Positions 47,267 to 58,637 of a stretch of DNA of 64,000 nucleotides are shown here, one piece after another. The position numbers and the translations under genes are program-made. The notes beneath the pieces were generated by a model. It was not told where the DNA came from, searched no databases, and worked only from the letters and a program-made list of their open reading frames with translations. The DNA is from an uncultured Fibrobacteria bacterium (GTDB taxonomy: Bacteria > Fibrobacterota > Fibrobacteria > UBA11236). Numbering within the stretch: position 1 is the stretch's first letter; every line of letters starts with the position of its first letter. The stretch covers positions 800,001 through 864,000 of the forward strand of contig OY970309.1 of NCBI GenBank assembly GCA_963716395.1, in the 5' to 3' direction.

Positions 47267-50200
47267 ATGCGCCTTTTACCCGACCTTCGCGGGGGCTTTA
47301 ACGGCAGAAGCATAATTCCGGGAGTCGTTCTGATTACCGCGTTGATGGCGCGGGCCGGGCTCCCCGGCTGCCTCGACGGCTACGCCCTATATTCCAAGGC
47401 TCAAACCGTAATGGGTGATCGCGACAGCCTTTACTCCGGCACAATCGGCTCCAACGGCACCGTGACTCTCGGCCAGGATGCCAAGCTCATGGGTGATGTG
47501 ACGTCGCACGGCAATATCCTCTTGATGGATCGATCCACGGTCTACGGCCATGTGACTTCCGGCGGCTCGGTGACCTTACAGTCCGGCGCCCAAATCACCG
47601 GCAACACGCAACAAAACGCGTCGGTCCCGATTTGCAACTTGCCCCAGGATACTTTTTCCATCGGGTCTCAGGACATCACGATATACGCCGGTGTCACTAC
47701 GGATCTTCCGCCGGGGAATTATAAAGACGTGCATGTTTACGGAAATGGACGGTTGAAACTGCATTCCGGCACCTATGCCTTGCAATCTTTGACCACCGAT
47801 GCCGACGGCCAATTCGAGTTCGATCCCTCGGAAGGCGCTATCGAGGTGTATACCAAAGTCAATATGGCTTTCGGTGATCGCACGCAATTCAATTTCACCG
47901 GCACCGCCTCTCCCGACAAAATCGAGTTCTTCAGCCGGCAACCCAGCGCCTTGACGGTGGGGACCGACATGCAATTCCAGGGCACTTTGGTAGCGCCTTG
48001 GGCGCAGGTGCACGTTTTTTCCCGAACGACTTTTTCCGGAGCGGTGTACGCCGATTCCCTGAATTTCGAGCCCGACGTGCGCGTGCATGATGTTCCCTAT
48101 GCTTCGCTACCCGTCGTCGCGATTACCAGCCCCTCCAATGGCTTTTTGACCAAGCAGAGCACCATTCCCGTGGCCTGGACCATCAACGGCGTGAGCCAAA
48201 CCTCGCAAACCACGGAGAATCTCACCGTAGAAGGAAACAACGAGGTCATTCGCTGTTCAGATGGCGTTTGCGATTCGATCACCGTGGTTCGCGATCAAAC
48301 GCCGCCCGTCGTCAAAATCACCAGCCCGGCCAACGGATTTTACACCAATCAAACATCGGTTCCGGTGGCATGGACGGTGGATGGGGTGAATCAAACCACG
48401 CAAACGACCGAAACTCTGGTGGAAGGGGCGAACGCCATCACCCGAAGCGCGACTGATTCGGCCGGGAATACCGGGACGGCTGAAATTACTGTGACTCTCG
48501 ACACGCAACCTCCGGTGGTTCACATTACTTCTCCGGTCGATGGCGCCACCCTGGAAGACGGCAACCCGATTCAGGTCGAGTATACGGTGGATGGGCAGCC
48601 GCAAGCACCCACTCCTTTCACCTTGGTGGAAGGGGAAAATCAAATTGTGGTGACGAATACCGATGCAGCGGGAAATGTCGGCGCCGACACCATTCATGTG
48701 ACTTATATCACGAATTCCCCGACCTGGCCGACCGGAACACAGATAACCGCCACGGATATCCAGGCGTCCAGCATAACCTTGCATTGGCCGGCCCCCCCAT
48801 CCGGCCATGGAATCCTGCATTATTTGGTATACCAGGGCGACGTATTGCTCGCCACCTTGCCCGGCAACCAAACCGATTATGCGGCGACCGGTCTTCTCAT
48901 CAACACCCATTACGCCTTTACCGTCGCCGCCGTGGATACGTTGAACAACATGAGTTCCGGCGGGCCGCAAGGTTCGTTCACGACCGCCAACCAATTGCCG
49001 CCCGATCCGGCGACCATTGCCCCCTCCTTGCCGGCTGAACAGACCACCAGCATGATTTCCGAAGTCGCCTTTCTTTTCCAGGGTCCGAATGCCATTCAAA
49101 CCGGTGTGGCCGACAGCGCCATCAATGCCGTTCACCTCGCGGTTTTGCGCGGGGTAGTGCAGGACAAGCAAGGAAACCCCATTCCCGGCGTTACGGTTTC
49201 GCTGTTGGGGCATTCCGAATTCGGCAGCACGGTGACCCGGACCGACGGCGAATATGATTTGGCCCTCAACGGCGGAGGCCAAGTCACGGTGTCTTTTGCG
49301 GCCCAAAATTATTTGACCGTGGAGCGCAGCCTGCATCCGCGTTGGCAGGAATTCGATGCGGTGGATACCGTGGTCATGGTTTCTATCGACACTGCGGTCA
49401 GCCAAATCTCCCTGGCCCCGCTTTTACCCATGCAAGTCGCGCAGGGCAGCGAAGTCTCCGATTCCAGCGGCGTCCGTCAGGCCACCTTGCTGTTCCCGAC
49501 CAACACCCAAGCCACCATGACGTTGCCCGGCGGTGGCATGCAAACCCTTAGTTCCATGCACGTACGCGCCACCGAATTTACCGTGGGGCCCAACGGTCAA
49601 AAAGCCATGCCGGGAAATTTGCCTCCCAACAGCGCCTATACCTATGCCGTGGAATTTACCGTAGACGAGGCACAGGCTGCGAGCGCCACCCAGGTGCAAT
49701 TCAGCAATCCGGTTTGGAATTACGTGCAGAACTTTTTGAATATTCCCGTGGGGTACGATGTGCCTTCGGCTTACTTCGATCCGCACAAGGGGCAATGGAT
49801 TCCCACCGCAGACGGGCGGGTTATCCGCATCGCCGGCATCACCAACGGCGAAGCCGACGTGGTGGTGGATACCGACGGAACCATTGCCGCGGCGCAAAGA
49901 CTCGCCGATTTCGGAATCACCGACGAGGAAAGAACCAAACTCGCCACGCTTTATTCGCCCGGGCAAACTCTGTGGCGCGTGCCCGTTCAGCATTTCACCT
50001 CCTACGATTACAATTACCCGCCCGGGTTGCCGCCCGACGCCGCCAATCCCAATGCCGGTGATCCCGATCACGATCACTCGGGGTCTTGCGGCGACGGCGG
50101 CGGGCAGGGTGATGACGTCGTGAGCGGGTCCGACATCGATTGCCAGACCCAATCCTTAGGCGAAGACGTTGCGGTACCGGGCTTTCCCGGTCTTCACTAC

Positions 50201-53200
50201 CGCAGCGATCGCGTGCCGGCCCCGCGCTGGAACACCCTGCAAATTCATGTCAGTGATGCGTCGCTTCCGGCCAGCGTCGAATTCATCAACTTGCATGTCT
50301 TCGTGGCCGGCAGAACGTTTACCTATACCTTTCCGCCCCAGCCCAATATCGTTTTTCCCTTTACTTGGGACGGCATGGACGCTTATGGGAGGCATCTCTC
50401 CGGTCGGCAACCCTACTCGTATACCCTAGATTACGCATACCCTCTTGCCTATCAAACTCCGGTCTATTCCGGCTCGCCGTCCTGCGGTCAAAGCGGCAAT
50501 CTCGTAACCCCGTGCTTCAGTTTCGGGTTGAACGGCCTACCCAGTATTACGCCGATTCAAGCCAGGTCGATTTATTTCATGGGCGACAGTTATCAAGGCT
50601 ATTTGGGCGCGCCCGAAATCGAAGACGTGGGCCGGGGTTGGACTTTGGATTCCCATCACAGTTACGATCCGACTTCGGGCATTTTGCATCTCGGCAGCGG
50701 CCAGGATCGCTCGGTGCAAACCCTGCTCGGCGCGATTTACACTGTGGCCGGCGTCAAAGGCACCAATGGTTATAGCGGGGATGGGGGGCCGGCGCTGAAC
50801 GCCGAACTTTCCAATATCAACGATATGGACATCGGCCCCGACGGCTCCATTTACCTGGCCGAAAGAGGCTCCGACCGAATTCGTAAAATCGATCCGAACG
50901 GCAATATTTCCACCGTCGCCCAAGGACACGAATGGTATACGGTGAAAGCCGCGCCGGACGGCTCTTTGTATATGGGCGACGGAGGCAGCGGCGTAGAAGT
51001 TTGGAAGCTCTCCCCGCAAGGCCAATTATCGGTATTTGCCGGGGGCGGTTCGCCCGACTCCGGATACGGCGACGGGGGTCCCGCCACCCAGGCCAGCCTT
51101 TCCTATCCGCATAACGTCGACATCGGTCCGGATGGCAGCGTATACATCGCGGATTTATACCATAATTTGGTGCGACGCGTGACTCCGGACGGCATTATCC
51201 ATACCGTGGCCGGCGGGGGCAGCGGTTACGCCGACGGGCTCCCCGCCACTTCTGTCAATATCAGCGTAGACTGGGTTTCGGTGGCGGCCGACGGCAGCAT
51301 TTACATCGCCGACGCCGTCGGGGGTGCCATTCGCAAGGTCAATCCCGCTGGGATCATCTCCACCGTGGCCGGAAACGGCACATCCGGCACCGACGGCGAC
51401 GGAGGCCCCGCCTTGCAGGCGCAAATCGTCACCTCGCGCGTCAAGGTTTTCAATACCAAGGACGGCGGAACCCGCATTTATTTCTTTGACGAACTTAATC
51501 GCACCGTTCGTTTCATCGATGAAAACGGCATCGTCAATCGGCTGGCCGGCGGAGGAAGCGATGCCACCGACGACGGCATTCCGGTCTTGGCGGCCAATGT
51601 CAGCGAACCCCGAGGCATTGCCGTGGATCCCGACGGCAATGTTTATCTCGGCTTATTCGGCGGCCAAGGTTTGGTGCGAAAAATCATCGGGCAATTTCCC
51701 GCCTTTACCGATCAAAACCTTTCCATTCCCTCGTCCGACGGCAGTGAGGTTTATCTCTTCAGCCCCGAAGGCCGCCATTTGAAAACCTATAACGCCTATA
51801 CCGGCCAGGAATTATTGAATTTCAGTTATGACGACTTCGGTGATTTGACCCAAATCACCGACCCGTACGGCAATGCCACAAGCATCGAGAGAGATGCCAA
51901 TGGCGCGCCCCTGGCCCTTCACAACGCCTATGGGCAAAGCTTGCGACTCAATACCGACGCCGACGGCAACCTGACCCAGATTGCCTTGCCGAACAACGAC
52001 ACCCATGCGTTTACCTACACCGACGGCAATCTCATGGCCACCTACACAACGCCCAATGGCCAAGTGCATACTTTCACCTATGACGACGAGGGGCGCTTAA
52101 CCAAAGATCAGGATCCGGCCGGCGGGTTTACGACGGTGGCAAAACAGACCATGCCGGATCAAAGCTGGGTATCGAAATTGACCTCGGCCTTGGGGCGCAT
52201 CCATTCCTATGAAACCGATTTCACCCCGGATTTGAGCAAGGTCAAGGTGAACACCGATCCCGCGGGATTGGTCACCACCACCGAAACCGCAGCGGCCGGC
52301 GTTGTCATCACCGACAATCCCGACAGCACGGAAACACGCGTCGTTCTCGGGCCCAACCCGCAACTCGCTTTTCAAGGCATGGTACCCACGGTCACCCTGA
52401 CCGATTTGCCCAGCGGATTGACGCAACGAGTTTATGAAAACCAGAGTGCGACCTTGGCCGACCCGAATAATTTCTTAAGCCTTACAAGTTTCGCCGATAC
52501 CAACACCATCAACGGCCGCGCCTTCTTGACGCGCTATGATAATTCCGACCGCGAATGGCTGGCCACTTCGCCCGAAGGCCGGAGCACGGCTTCTATCGTG
52601 GATCAGTTCGGCAAGGTGGTGGAGCGCGACGTGCCCGAAGTGGACAAGATGAATTACTCCTATGATGACCGTGGCCGCCTGACCTCGATGACGCAAGGCT
52701 CGGGTGGCGACGCCCGCGTCACCGCCTTCGCCTATGACAACGCCGGCTACCTGGCTGCGATTCAAGACGCCGAGAACAGGACCTTCGCCTTCACCTATGA
52801 TGGCGCAGGACGGGTCACCCAGGAAACCATGCCTGACGGCCGCCAGGTGAATTACACCTATGACGGCGACGGCAACGTGGCCTCGATCACACCGCCGGGA
52901 AAACCCGAGCATGATTTCACCTATACCCCCATTGACCTCGAAGCAACCTATTCGCCGCCACCGCTCGGCGCCGGGCTTTGGACCACGCAAAACGGTTATA
53001 ACCTCGACCAGCAATTGCTCGACGTGAATCGGCCCGACAATCGCAACATTCATTACAACTACGACACGGCCGGAAGGGTTTCGTCCATCAACACGCCAAG
53101 CGGAGACTATACCTTCGGGTATAATTCGACGACCGGGCATTTGCAAACATTGTCTTCACCCTATTCTGAAACCCTCGGCTATAACTATGACGGATTTTTG

Positions 53201-54766
53201 CCGACTTCGGTGGCTTGGTCGGGAACCGTGAATGGAAGCGTGTCCGGGGGCTACGACGCGAATTTTTGGATGACCTCGCAAACAGTGAATGGCGCGAATG
53301 CCGTTGATTTCTCCTATGACAATGACGGCTTGCTTACCCAAGCGGGGGATCTCGCCCTATCGCGCGATGCACAGAATGGCAGAGAAACAGGAAGCTCCGT
53401 CGGCGCGGTCAGCGATCAGATTGCGTATAATGAATTCGGTGAGTTGAGCGCTTATGAAGCCGACGCCAACGGGAACCCCGTTTATCAATGTGCTTATGGC
53501 CGCGATAAATTGGGACGCATCACCACCGACACCGAAACAGTTCAGGGCGTCACGCACGTTTTCGAATACACATACGACTTGGCAGGCCGGTTGCAGCAGG
53601 TGAAAGAAGATGGCGCTGTGACGGCCACCTATTCGTATGATTCGAACGGCAATCGCCTGACTAAAGTCGATGGTTCGGGGACTACGAATGGAACCTATGA
53701 TGATCAGGACAGGCTGACCCAATATGGCAACGCGACTTATGTCTATAACAACAACGGGGATTTGCAAACCAAAACCGAAACCGGCCAGACGACCACTTAT
53801 AATTACGATGTGTTCGGAAACTTGACCGAGGTACAGTTACCGGGTGGAACCGATATTCAATACGTGATAGACGGACAGAACCGGCGAGTGGGCAAAAAGG
53901 TGAATGGCGTTTTGGTGCAGGAATTTTTATATCAGAACCAATTGAATCCGGTGGCCGAGTTGGATGGGTCGGGGAATGTGGTGGCTAAATTTGTTTACGG
54001 CAGCAAAGGGAATGTGCCGGATTTGATGATCAAGGGTGGAGTGACGTATCGGATTATTTCGGATCATCTTGGCAGCCCGAAACTTGTCATTAATTCCGCT
54101 ACGGGAGCCGTGGTGGAGCAGTTGGATTACGATGAGTTTGGGAATGTGATTGGGGACAGCAACCCCGGATTTCAACCGTTTGGGTTTGCGGGTGGGTTGT
54201 ATGACGAGGATACGAAGTTGGTGCGGTTTGGGGCAAGGGATTATGCCAGTGATATTGGCAGGTGGATTACCAAAGATCCCGCTGGACTCAATTTTGGAAT
54301 GAATCTTTATGCTTATGTTAAGAACAACCCAATGAATCGGATAGATCCTTTAGGCCTGTACGAATGTACTTATTACACTAGTACACATACGATGGTGTGC
54401 ATTTCTGATGACGGAAACAATAATATTTCGAGTAGGAATTGGACTTCAGGGAACAATGGTTCAAATTGTATTACTGGAGACTGTCAGGATAATCCAAATC
54501 ATAGCGATGAATCTTATGCAGGACCTGCACCACAAGGTCATTATACTTTAGGCCCGCCAACAGCGCCTGGTGGCGGAAGGAGGAGGATGACTCCTGACGC
54601 CGGTACAGATATGAAGGGGCGGAGTGGTATTGAGACGCATGGATGCACAAACCCGGCAACTTGTTCGGAAGGATGTTTAGCAGCAAAATCAAATAATACT
54701 AGGGATAATTTTAACAATGCGATGTCTCATGAAGAGGGTCACAATACCGTCACAGTTGTACCTTAA
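47267..54766 (+). CDS. Teneurin-like YD/Rhs polymorphic toxin: signal peptide, beta-helix, 3x Ig, FN3, TTR-like, FN-plug, NHL, YD shell, Rhs core, Tlde1-like tip
   Basis: Teneurin-type motifs AVLRGVVQD..TRTDGEYDLALNGGG, FTWDGMDAYG, GWTLDSHHSYDPTSGILHLGSG; NHL repeats (GDGGPA, GPDGSIY); YD repeats; core ...PMNRIDPLGL; tip GPAPQGHY..GRSGIETHG..SEGC. Confidence 0.9.
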   Translation: MRLLPDLRGGFNGRSIIPGVVLITALMARAGLPGCLDGYALYSKAQTVMGDRDSLYSGTIGSNGTVTLGQDAKLMGDVTSHGNILLMDRSTVYGHVTSGGSVTLQSGAQITGNTQQNASVPICNLPQDTFSIGSQDITIYAGVTTDLPPGNYKDVHVYGNGRLKLHSGTYALQSLTTDADGQFEFDPSEGAIEVYTKVNMAFGDRTQFNFTGTASPDKIEFFSRQPSALTVGTDMQFQGTLVAPWAQVHVFSRTTFSGAVYADSLNFEPDVRVHDVPYASLPVVAITSPSNGFLTKQSTIPVAWTINGVSQTSQTTENLTVEGNNEVIRCSDGVCDSITVVRDQTPPVVKITSPANGFYTNQTSVPVAWTVDGVNQTTQTTETLVEGANAITRSATDSAGNTGTAEITVTLDTQPPVVHITSPVDGATLEDGNPIQVEYTVDGQPQAPTPFTLVEGENQIVVTNTDAAGNVGADTIHVTYITNSPTWPTGTQITATDIQASSITLHWPAPPSGHGILHYLVYQGDVLLATLPGNQTDYAATGLLINTHYAFTVAAVDTLNNMSSGGPQGSFTTANQLPPDPATIAPSLPAEQTTSMISEVAFLFQGPNAIQTGVADSAINAVHLAVLRGVVQDKQGNPIPGVTVSLLGHSEFGSTVTRTDGEYDLALNGGGQVTVSFAAQNYLTVERSLHPRWQEFDAVDTVVMVSIDTAVSQISLAPLLPMQVAQGSEVSDSSGVRQATLLFPTNTQATMTLPGGGMQTLSSMHVRATEFTVGPNGQKAMPGNLPPNSAYTYAVEFTVDEAQAASATQVQFSNPVWNYVQNFLNIPVGYDVPSAYFDPHKGQWIPTADGRVIRIAGITNGEADVVVDTDGTIAAAQRLADFGITDEERTKLATLYSPGQTLWRVPVQHFTSYDYNYPPGLPPDAANPNAGDPDHDHSGSCGDGGGQGDDVVSGSDIDCQTQSLGEDVAVPGFPGLHYRSDRVPAPRWNTLQIHVSDASLPASVEFINLHVFVAGRTFTYTFPPQPNIVFPFTWDGMDAYGRHLSGRQPYSYTLDYAYPLAYQTPVYSGSPSCGQSGNLVTPCFSFGLNGLPSITPIQARSIYFMGDSYQGYLGAPEIEDVGRGWTLDSHHSYDPTSGILHLGSGQDRSVQTLLGAIYTVAGVKGTNGYSGDGGPALNAELSNINDMDIGPDGSIYLAERGSDRIRKIDPNGNISTVAQGHEWYTVKAAPDGSLYMGDGGSGVEVWKLSPQGQLSVFAGGGSPDSGYGDGGPATQASLSYPHNVDIGPDGSVYIADLYHNLVRRVTPDGIIHTVAGGGSGYADGLPATSVNISVDWVSVAADGSIYIADAVGGAIRKVNPAGIISTVAGNGTSGTDGDGGPALQAQIVTSRVKVFNTKDGGTRIYFFDELNRTVRFIDENGIVNRLAGGGSDATDDGIPVLAANVSEPRGIAVDPDGNVYLGLFGGQGLVRKIIGQFPAFTDQNLSIPSSDGSEVYLFSPEGRHLKTYNAYTGQELLNFSYDDFGDLTQITDPYGNATSIERDANGAPLALHNAYGQSLRLNTDADGNLTQIALPNNDTHAFTYTDGNLMATYTTPNGQVHTFTYDDEGRLTKDQDPAGGFTTVAKQTMPDQSWVSKLTSALGRIHSYETDFTPDLSKVKVNTDPAGLVTTTETAAAGVVITDNPDSTETRVVLGPNPQLAFQGMVPTVTLTDLPSGLTQRVYENQSATLADPNNFLSLTSFADTNTINGRAFLTRYDNSDREWLATSPEGRSTASIVDQFGKVVERDVPEVDKMNYSYDDRGRLTSMTQGSGGDARVTAFAYDNAGYLAAIQDAENRTFAFTYDGAGRVTQETMPDGRQVNYTYDGDGNVASITPPGKPEHDFTYTPIDLEATYSPPPLGAGLWTTQNGYNLDQQLLDVNRPDNRNIHYNYDTAGRVSSINTPSGDYTFGYNSTTGHLQTLSSPYSETLGYNYDGFLPTSVAWSGTVNGSVSGGYDANFWMTSQTVNGANAVDFSYDNDGLLTQAGDLALSRDAQNGRETGSSVGAVSDQIAYNEFGELSAYEADANGNPVYQCAYGRDKLGRITTDTETVQGVTHVFEYTYDLAGRLQQVKEDGAVTATYSYDSNGNRLTKVDGSGTTNGTYDDQDRLTQYGNATYVYNNNGDLQTKTETGQTTTYNYDVFGNLTEVQLPGGTDIQYVIDGQNRRVGKKVNGVLVQEFLYQNQLNPVAELDGSGNVVAKFVYGSKGNVPDLMIKGGVTYRIISDHLGSPKLVINSATGAVVEQLDYDEFGNVIGDSNPGFQPFGFAGGLYDEDTKLVRFGARDYASDIGRWITKDPAGLNFGMNLYAYVKNNPMNRIDPLGLYECTYYTSTHTMVCISDDGNNNISSRNWTSGNNGSNCITGDCQDNPNHSDESYAGPAPQGHYTLGPPTAPGGGRRRMTPDAGTDMKGRSGIETHGCTNPATCSEGCLAAKSNNTRDNFNNAMSHEEGHNTVTVVP
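53741..53973 (+). repeat. Near-identical Rhs-core repeat (copies at 56409-56641 and 59278-59510)
   Basis: Compared by eye. Cassettes 1 and 3 match further, to 56914/59783. Confidence 0.9.
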
Positions 54767-54781
54767 AGGAATGCGTATTAA

Positions 54782-55354
54782 TTGATCATGAAATCCAAAA
54801 CACTTTATATAGCTCTCGGGTGGGGTTCAATACTAGCCTGCTCAGCTGGTGCCAATAAGGAAAATGATACTTCAGGTATAAAAATTTGCGAAAGATCAGA
54901 TTGCCTTACCCCGCCCACTATTCTTAGGGAAATAAATATTATGGGACCAAAGCGCGAAGTTGAGCGACTATGGGAAAGTGACTCGTTGTGGCTGATAATA
55001 TTAAAGGCTATTTCAAATGGAAGTGCGGAATGGCTAGATGTAGCAGACGCTTTGAGGCCGGGATCTGATGCTGGTTCTTCCGAGGAGTTATCGTTCGCAA
55101 TTGGAGACGCCTTGGAGTATAATGCGGAAGACATTTTAAAACGCTATGGGATGAATAAAAATGTTTGCGGAGCCCCTGATATCGACGACCCGAAATACAA
55201 CACATATGCGAAAGCGGTTCGAGCAATAAATATCAGAATTCAAAAAATACAAGCCGTAACTGATATTAAGTTAAATGAGTCGAAAGATAGCTGTTTAGGC
55301 TCTTTGAATGAATCGCTTCCGGGACTTCAGCGTTTCTTCGGGGTTAAGAAATAA
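54782..55354 (+). CDS. Putative cognate immunity lipoprotein
   Basis: Immediately follows the toxin; AT-rich; lipobox-like ILAC after a hydrophobic stretch (alternative ATG 54788). Confidence 0.7.
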   Translation: MIMKSKTLYIALGWGSILACSAGANKENDTSGIKICERSDCLTPPTILREINIMGPKREVERLWESDSLWLIILKAISNGSAEWLDVADALRPGSDAGSSEELSFAIGDALEYNAEDILKRYGMNKNVCGAPDIDDPKYNTYAKAVRAINIRIQKIQAVTDIKLNESKDSCLGSLNESLPGLQRFFGVKK

Positions 55355-55481
55355 CTGAGGTATCCAGCTGGCCAACAGGTGAATTCACGCGCCGCAACTT
55401 CATTTATCTTCCCTGCGCTTCCGTGAGTTGTTCCCGGCCTAATTGTCGTTATAGCTTGTGTCATAGCTCGTAGATGTCTCG

Positions 55482-57356
55482 ATGACGCAAGGCACGGGTA
55501 GTGACGCCCGCGTCACCTTGTTCACCTATGACGGCGACGGCAACGTGGCCTCGATCACACCGCCGGGAAAACCCGAGCATGATTTCACCTATACCCCCAT
55601 TGACCTCGAAGCAACCTATTCGCCGCCACCGCTCGGCACCGGGCTTTGGGCCACGCAAAATGGCTACAATCTCGATCGCCAATTACTCAATGTGAACCGG
55701 CCCGATAGCCGTGACATTCATTACAACTATGACGACGCGGGCCGGGTGGCCTCGATCACCACCCCCGGCGGCGATTTCACGTTCGGCTATAATTCCATTA
55801 CGGGCCACTTGCAAACCTTGGCCTCGCCTTACGGCGAAAACCTGGCTTACAGTTATGACGGCTTTCTGCCCACGGCCGTTTCCTGGTCGGGCGCCGTCAA
55901 CGGGAGCATGGCAGTGGGATATGACGCAAATTTCTGGGTCACCACGCAAAGCGTGAACGGATCAAACCCGGTGACCTTTAGGTATGACAACGACGGCCTG
56001 CTCACTCAGGCCGGCAGTCTCAACCTGACGCGCGATGTGCATAACGGCCGATTGACCGGAAGTGCCATCGGCGTGGTCAGCGATCAACTGGCTTACAACG
56101 AATTCGGCGAAATGAGTGATTACGAGGCCGATGCCAGCGGGAACCCCGTTTACCAGTACGCTTTTGGTCGCGATAAATTGGGACGTATCACCACCGACAC
56201 CGAAACGGTTCAGGGCGTGACGCATGTAAATACTTACACCTATGATTTAGCGGGAAGGTTGACGCAAGTCAAGCGCGATGGATCGGATTCAACAAGTTAT
56301 TCCTACGACGCCAATGGGAACAGGCTGGCCAAGGTCGATGCTTCCGGAACCACAAACGGAACCTATGATGATCAGGATAGGCTGACCCAATATGGCAACG
56401 CGACTTATGTCTATAACAACAACGGGGATTTGCAAACCAAAACCGAAACCGGCCAGACGACCACTTATAATTACGATGTGTTCGGAAACTTGACCGAGGT
56501 ACAGTTACCGGGTGGAACCGATATTCAATACGTGATAGACGGACAGAACCGGCGAGTGGGCAAAAAGGTGAATGGCGTTTTGGTGCAGAAATTTTTATAT
56601 CAGAACCAATTGAATCCGGTGGCCGAGTTGGATGGGTCGGGCAATGTTGTGGCCCGATTCGTGTATGGATCTAGGTCCAATGTACCCGATCTCATGATCA
56701 AGGGTGGGGTTACGTACCGGATTATTTCGGATCATCTAGGAAGTCCGAGGTTTGTGATTAATACCGCAACAGGAGCCGTAGTACAGCAGATAGATTACGA
56801 CGAATTCGGAAACGTCACCCTCGATAGCAATCCCGGATTTCAGCCGTTTGGTTTCGCAGGTGGGTTGTATGACGAGGATACGAAGTTGGTGCGGTTTGGG
56901 GCAAGGGATTATGCGGCGGAAAGTGGGATGTGGAGCACAAAGGATCCCGTAAAGTTCGCTGGAAAAAGCCCGAACCTTTACACCTATGTTGTCAATGACC
57001 CTATAAATCGCATTGATCCAACCGGCTTGGTTGGCGCGGGATGTAAAGACAATAAGAAATGCATGTCTGATTGCTTAGACAATCAGCGCGCGGATGTGGC
57101 GTTGGCTGGTTTGGCACTCAGTTTGCCGGGCATCTCCATACCCAAGCTTGGTAGGGCTGCTGCCATAAGCGAGGGAATGGGCGGTAGCCCTTGGACTACC
57201 CCCTTAAGCGTCGCCCAGTTCTTTGTACCTGCAATCGGCCCCATGGCTCGTAATCTTGGTCGTGCTTTGAATCCTTATGCGGACTTGGCCGCCGCCTTTT
57301 TTGCAAGCTATCTCGCCACCTCGCTTGCTATCTGTGCGATTCAGTGCTCGGACTGA
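55482..57356 (+). pseudogene. Orphan Rhs cassette 1 (truncated YD shell and core, hydrophobic Cys-flanked tip)
   Basis: Colinear with main gene 52684-54358; DPTGL at 57015; tip 57030-57356. Confidence 0.85.
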
Positions 57357-57357
57357 A

Positions 57358-57753
57358 ATGTATTTGGCAGCAGTACTGATAGGGATTGTGGCGGTGGTGT
57401 TCGCCTTCAAAGCCGCAACGAGTCGCCCCAAAAATCGTGACGGACATCTGACGTGCGAGGGGATTTTAACCAGGAATGATTTGGATCTTGAGGAAATATT
57501 TTCCAAATCTTTTCCGGGTCGAGATAAAGATCGCCTATTGCACTTATGGACCGCAATCTCCGAGAAGATGGTTATCCCACCCAAAAAACTTCGGGCCGAT
57601 GACCGGGTTGCCGATTTGTGTCCCGGTTCAAAGTGGAGCGCGGTGAACGTAAGAATGGAGGACTTGACCGACTTCGTGATCAAGGAATCCGGTGGACGAG
57701 AAGTTCCGAAGGATATGAAGACGATCAGCGAGGTAGTGAACTTCCTGTTCTGA
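57358..57753 (+). CDS. Putative immunity protein 1 (N-terminal TM, ACP-like C-terminus)
   Basis: ATG 1 nt after the toxin stop; [19 protein letters not shown]; ends ..[22 protein letters not shown]. Confidence 0.65.
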   Translation: MYLAAVLIGIVAVVFAFKAATSRPKNRDGHLTCEGILTRNDLDLEEIFSKSFPGRDKDRLLHLWTAISEKMVIPPKKLRADDRVADLCPGSKWSAVNVRMEDLTDFVIKESGGREVPKDMKTISEVVNFLF

Positions 57754-57782
57754 TTGTTGGGTTATCTTCCCTGGTTCGCCAT

Positions 57783-58637
57783 GAGTTATACCAGAATCAA
57801 CTGAATCCGGTGGCCGAACTCGATGGTGCGGGGAATGTTGTGGCGAGGTTTGTTTATGGCAGCAAGGGGAATGTGCCGGATTTGATGATCAAGGGCGGAT
57901 TGACGTATCGGATTATATCGGATCATTTAGGCAGCCCGAGGTTGGTAGTGAATTCCTCCGACGGCACTGTTGTGCAACGAATGTCATTCGATGAATTCGG
58001 AAATATTCTGGAAGATTCGAACCCTGGGTTCCAGCCCTTTGGATTTGCGGGTGGGTTGTATGATCAGGATACGAAACTGGTGCGGTTTGGGGCGAGGGAT
58101 TATTCTTCAGTAGATGGCCGGTGGACGAGCAAAGATCCAATTCGATTCAGAGGCGGGACAAACATTTACGTTTATGTCGAAAACGATCCGATTAATTTGA
58201 CTGATCCTAATGGTCTAGGTGGCACCGTTCATTACCCATGTTATACAAAGAAAGGGGGATCAAAAGCATGGAGAAATAATAATCCCGGAAATATTAGGGC
58301 CGGTGCAAAGGCAATTAAGCTTGGAGCGGTTGGGCAAAATGGCGGTATGGCGGTCTTCCCCACAATTGAAGCTGGAATAGAAGCGCAAAAGGCCGTATTA
58401 GCTGAAACATATGGAAACATGTCGGTTACCGATATGGTTCAGGATTACGCTCCACCTGTTGAGAATAATACTCAACAATATCTTGACAACTTGGCTTCTT
58501 TCGGTATTGATACGGCTGGAAATGTTGGTGACCAGATTGATGCACTTCAACAAGCTATGGCTCAGGAGGAGGGGTGGAAAACCGGCGATTCAATTCCAGA
58601 GCCTTCTAACGGTAACGATTGTGGGTGCGGACAATGA
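57783..58637 (+). pseudogene. Orphan Rhs cassette 2 with lysozyme-like (RNNNPGNI...YAP..ENNT..Y) tip
   Basis: Core from LYQNQLNP to DPNGL (58203); no proper start codon; tip 58218-58637. Confidence 0.85.

Noticed and set aside
47267-54766. T6SS Rhs effector or Tc toxin
   Set aside because: No PAAR, VgrG, EagR or TcA/TcB features in the window; the N-terminus is signal-peptide-like.
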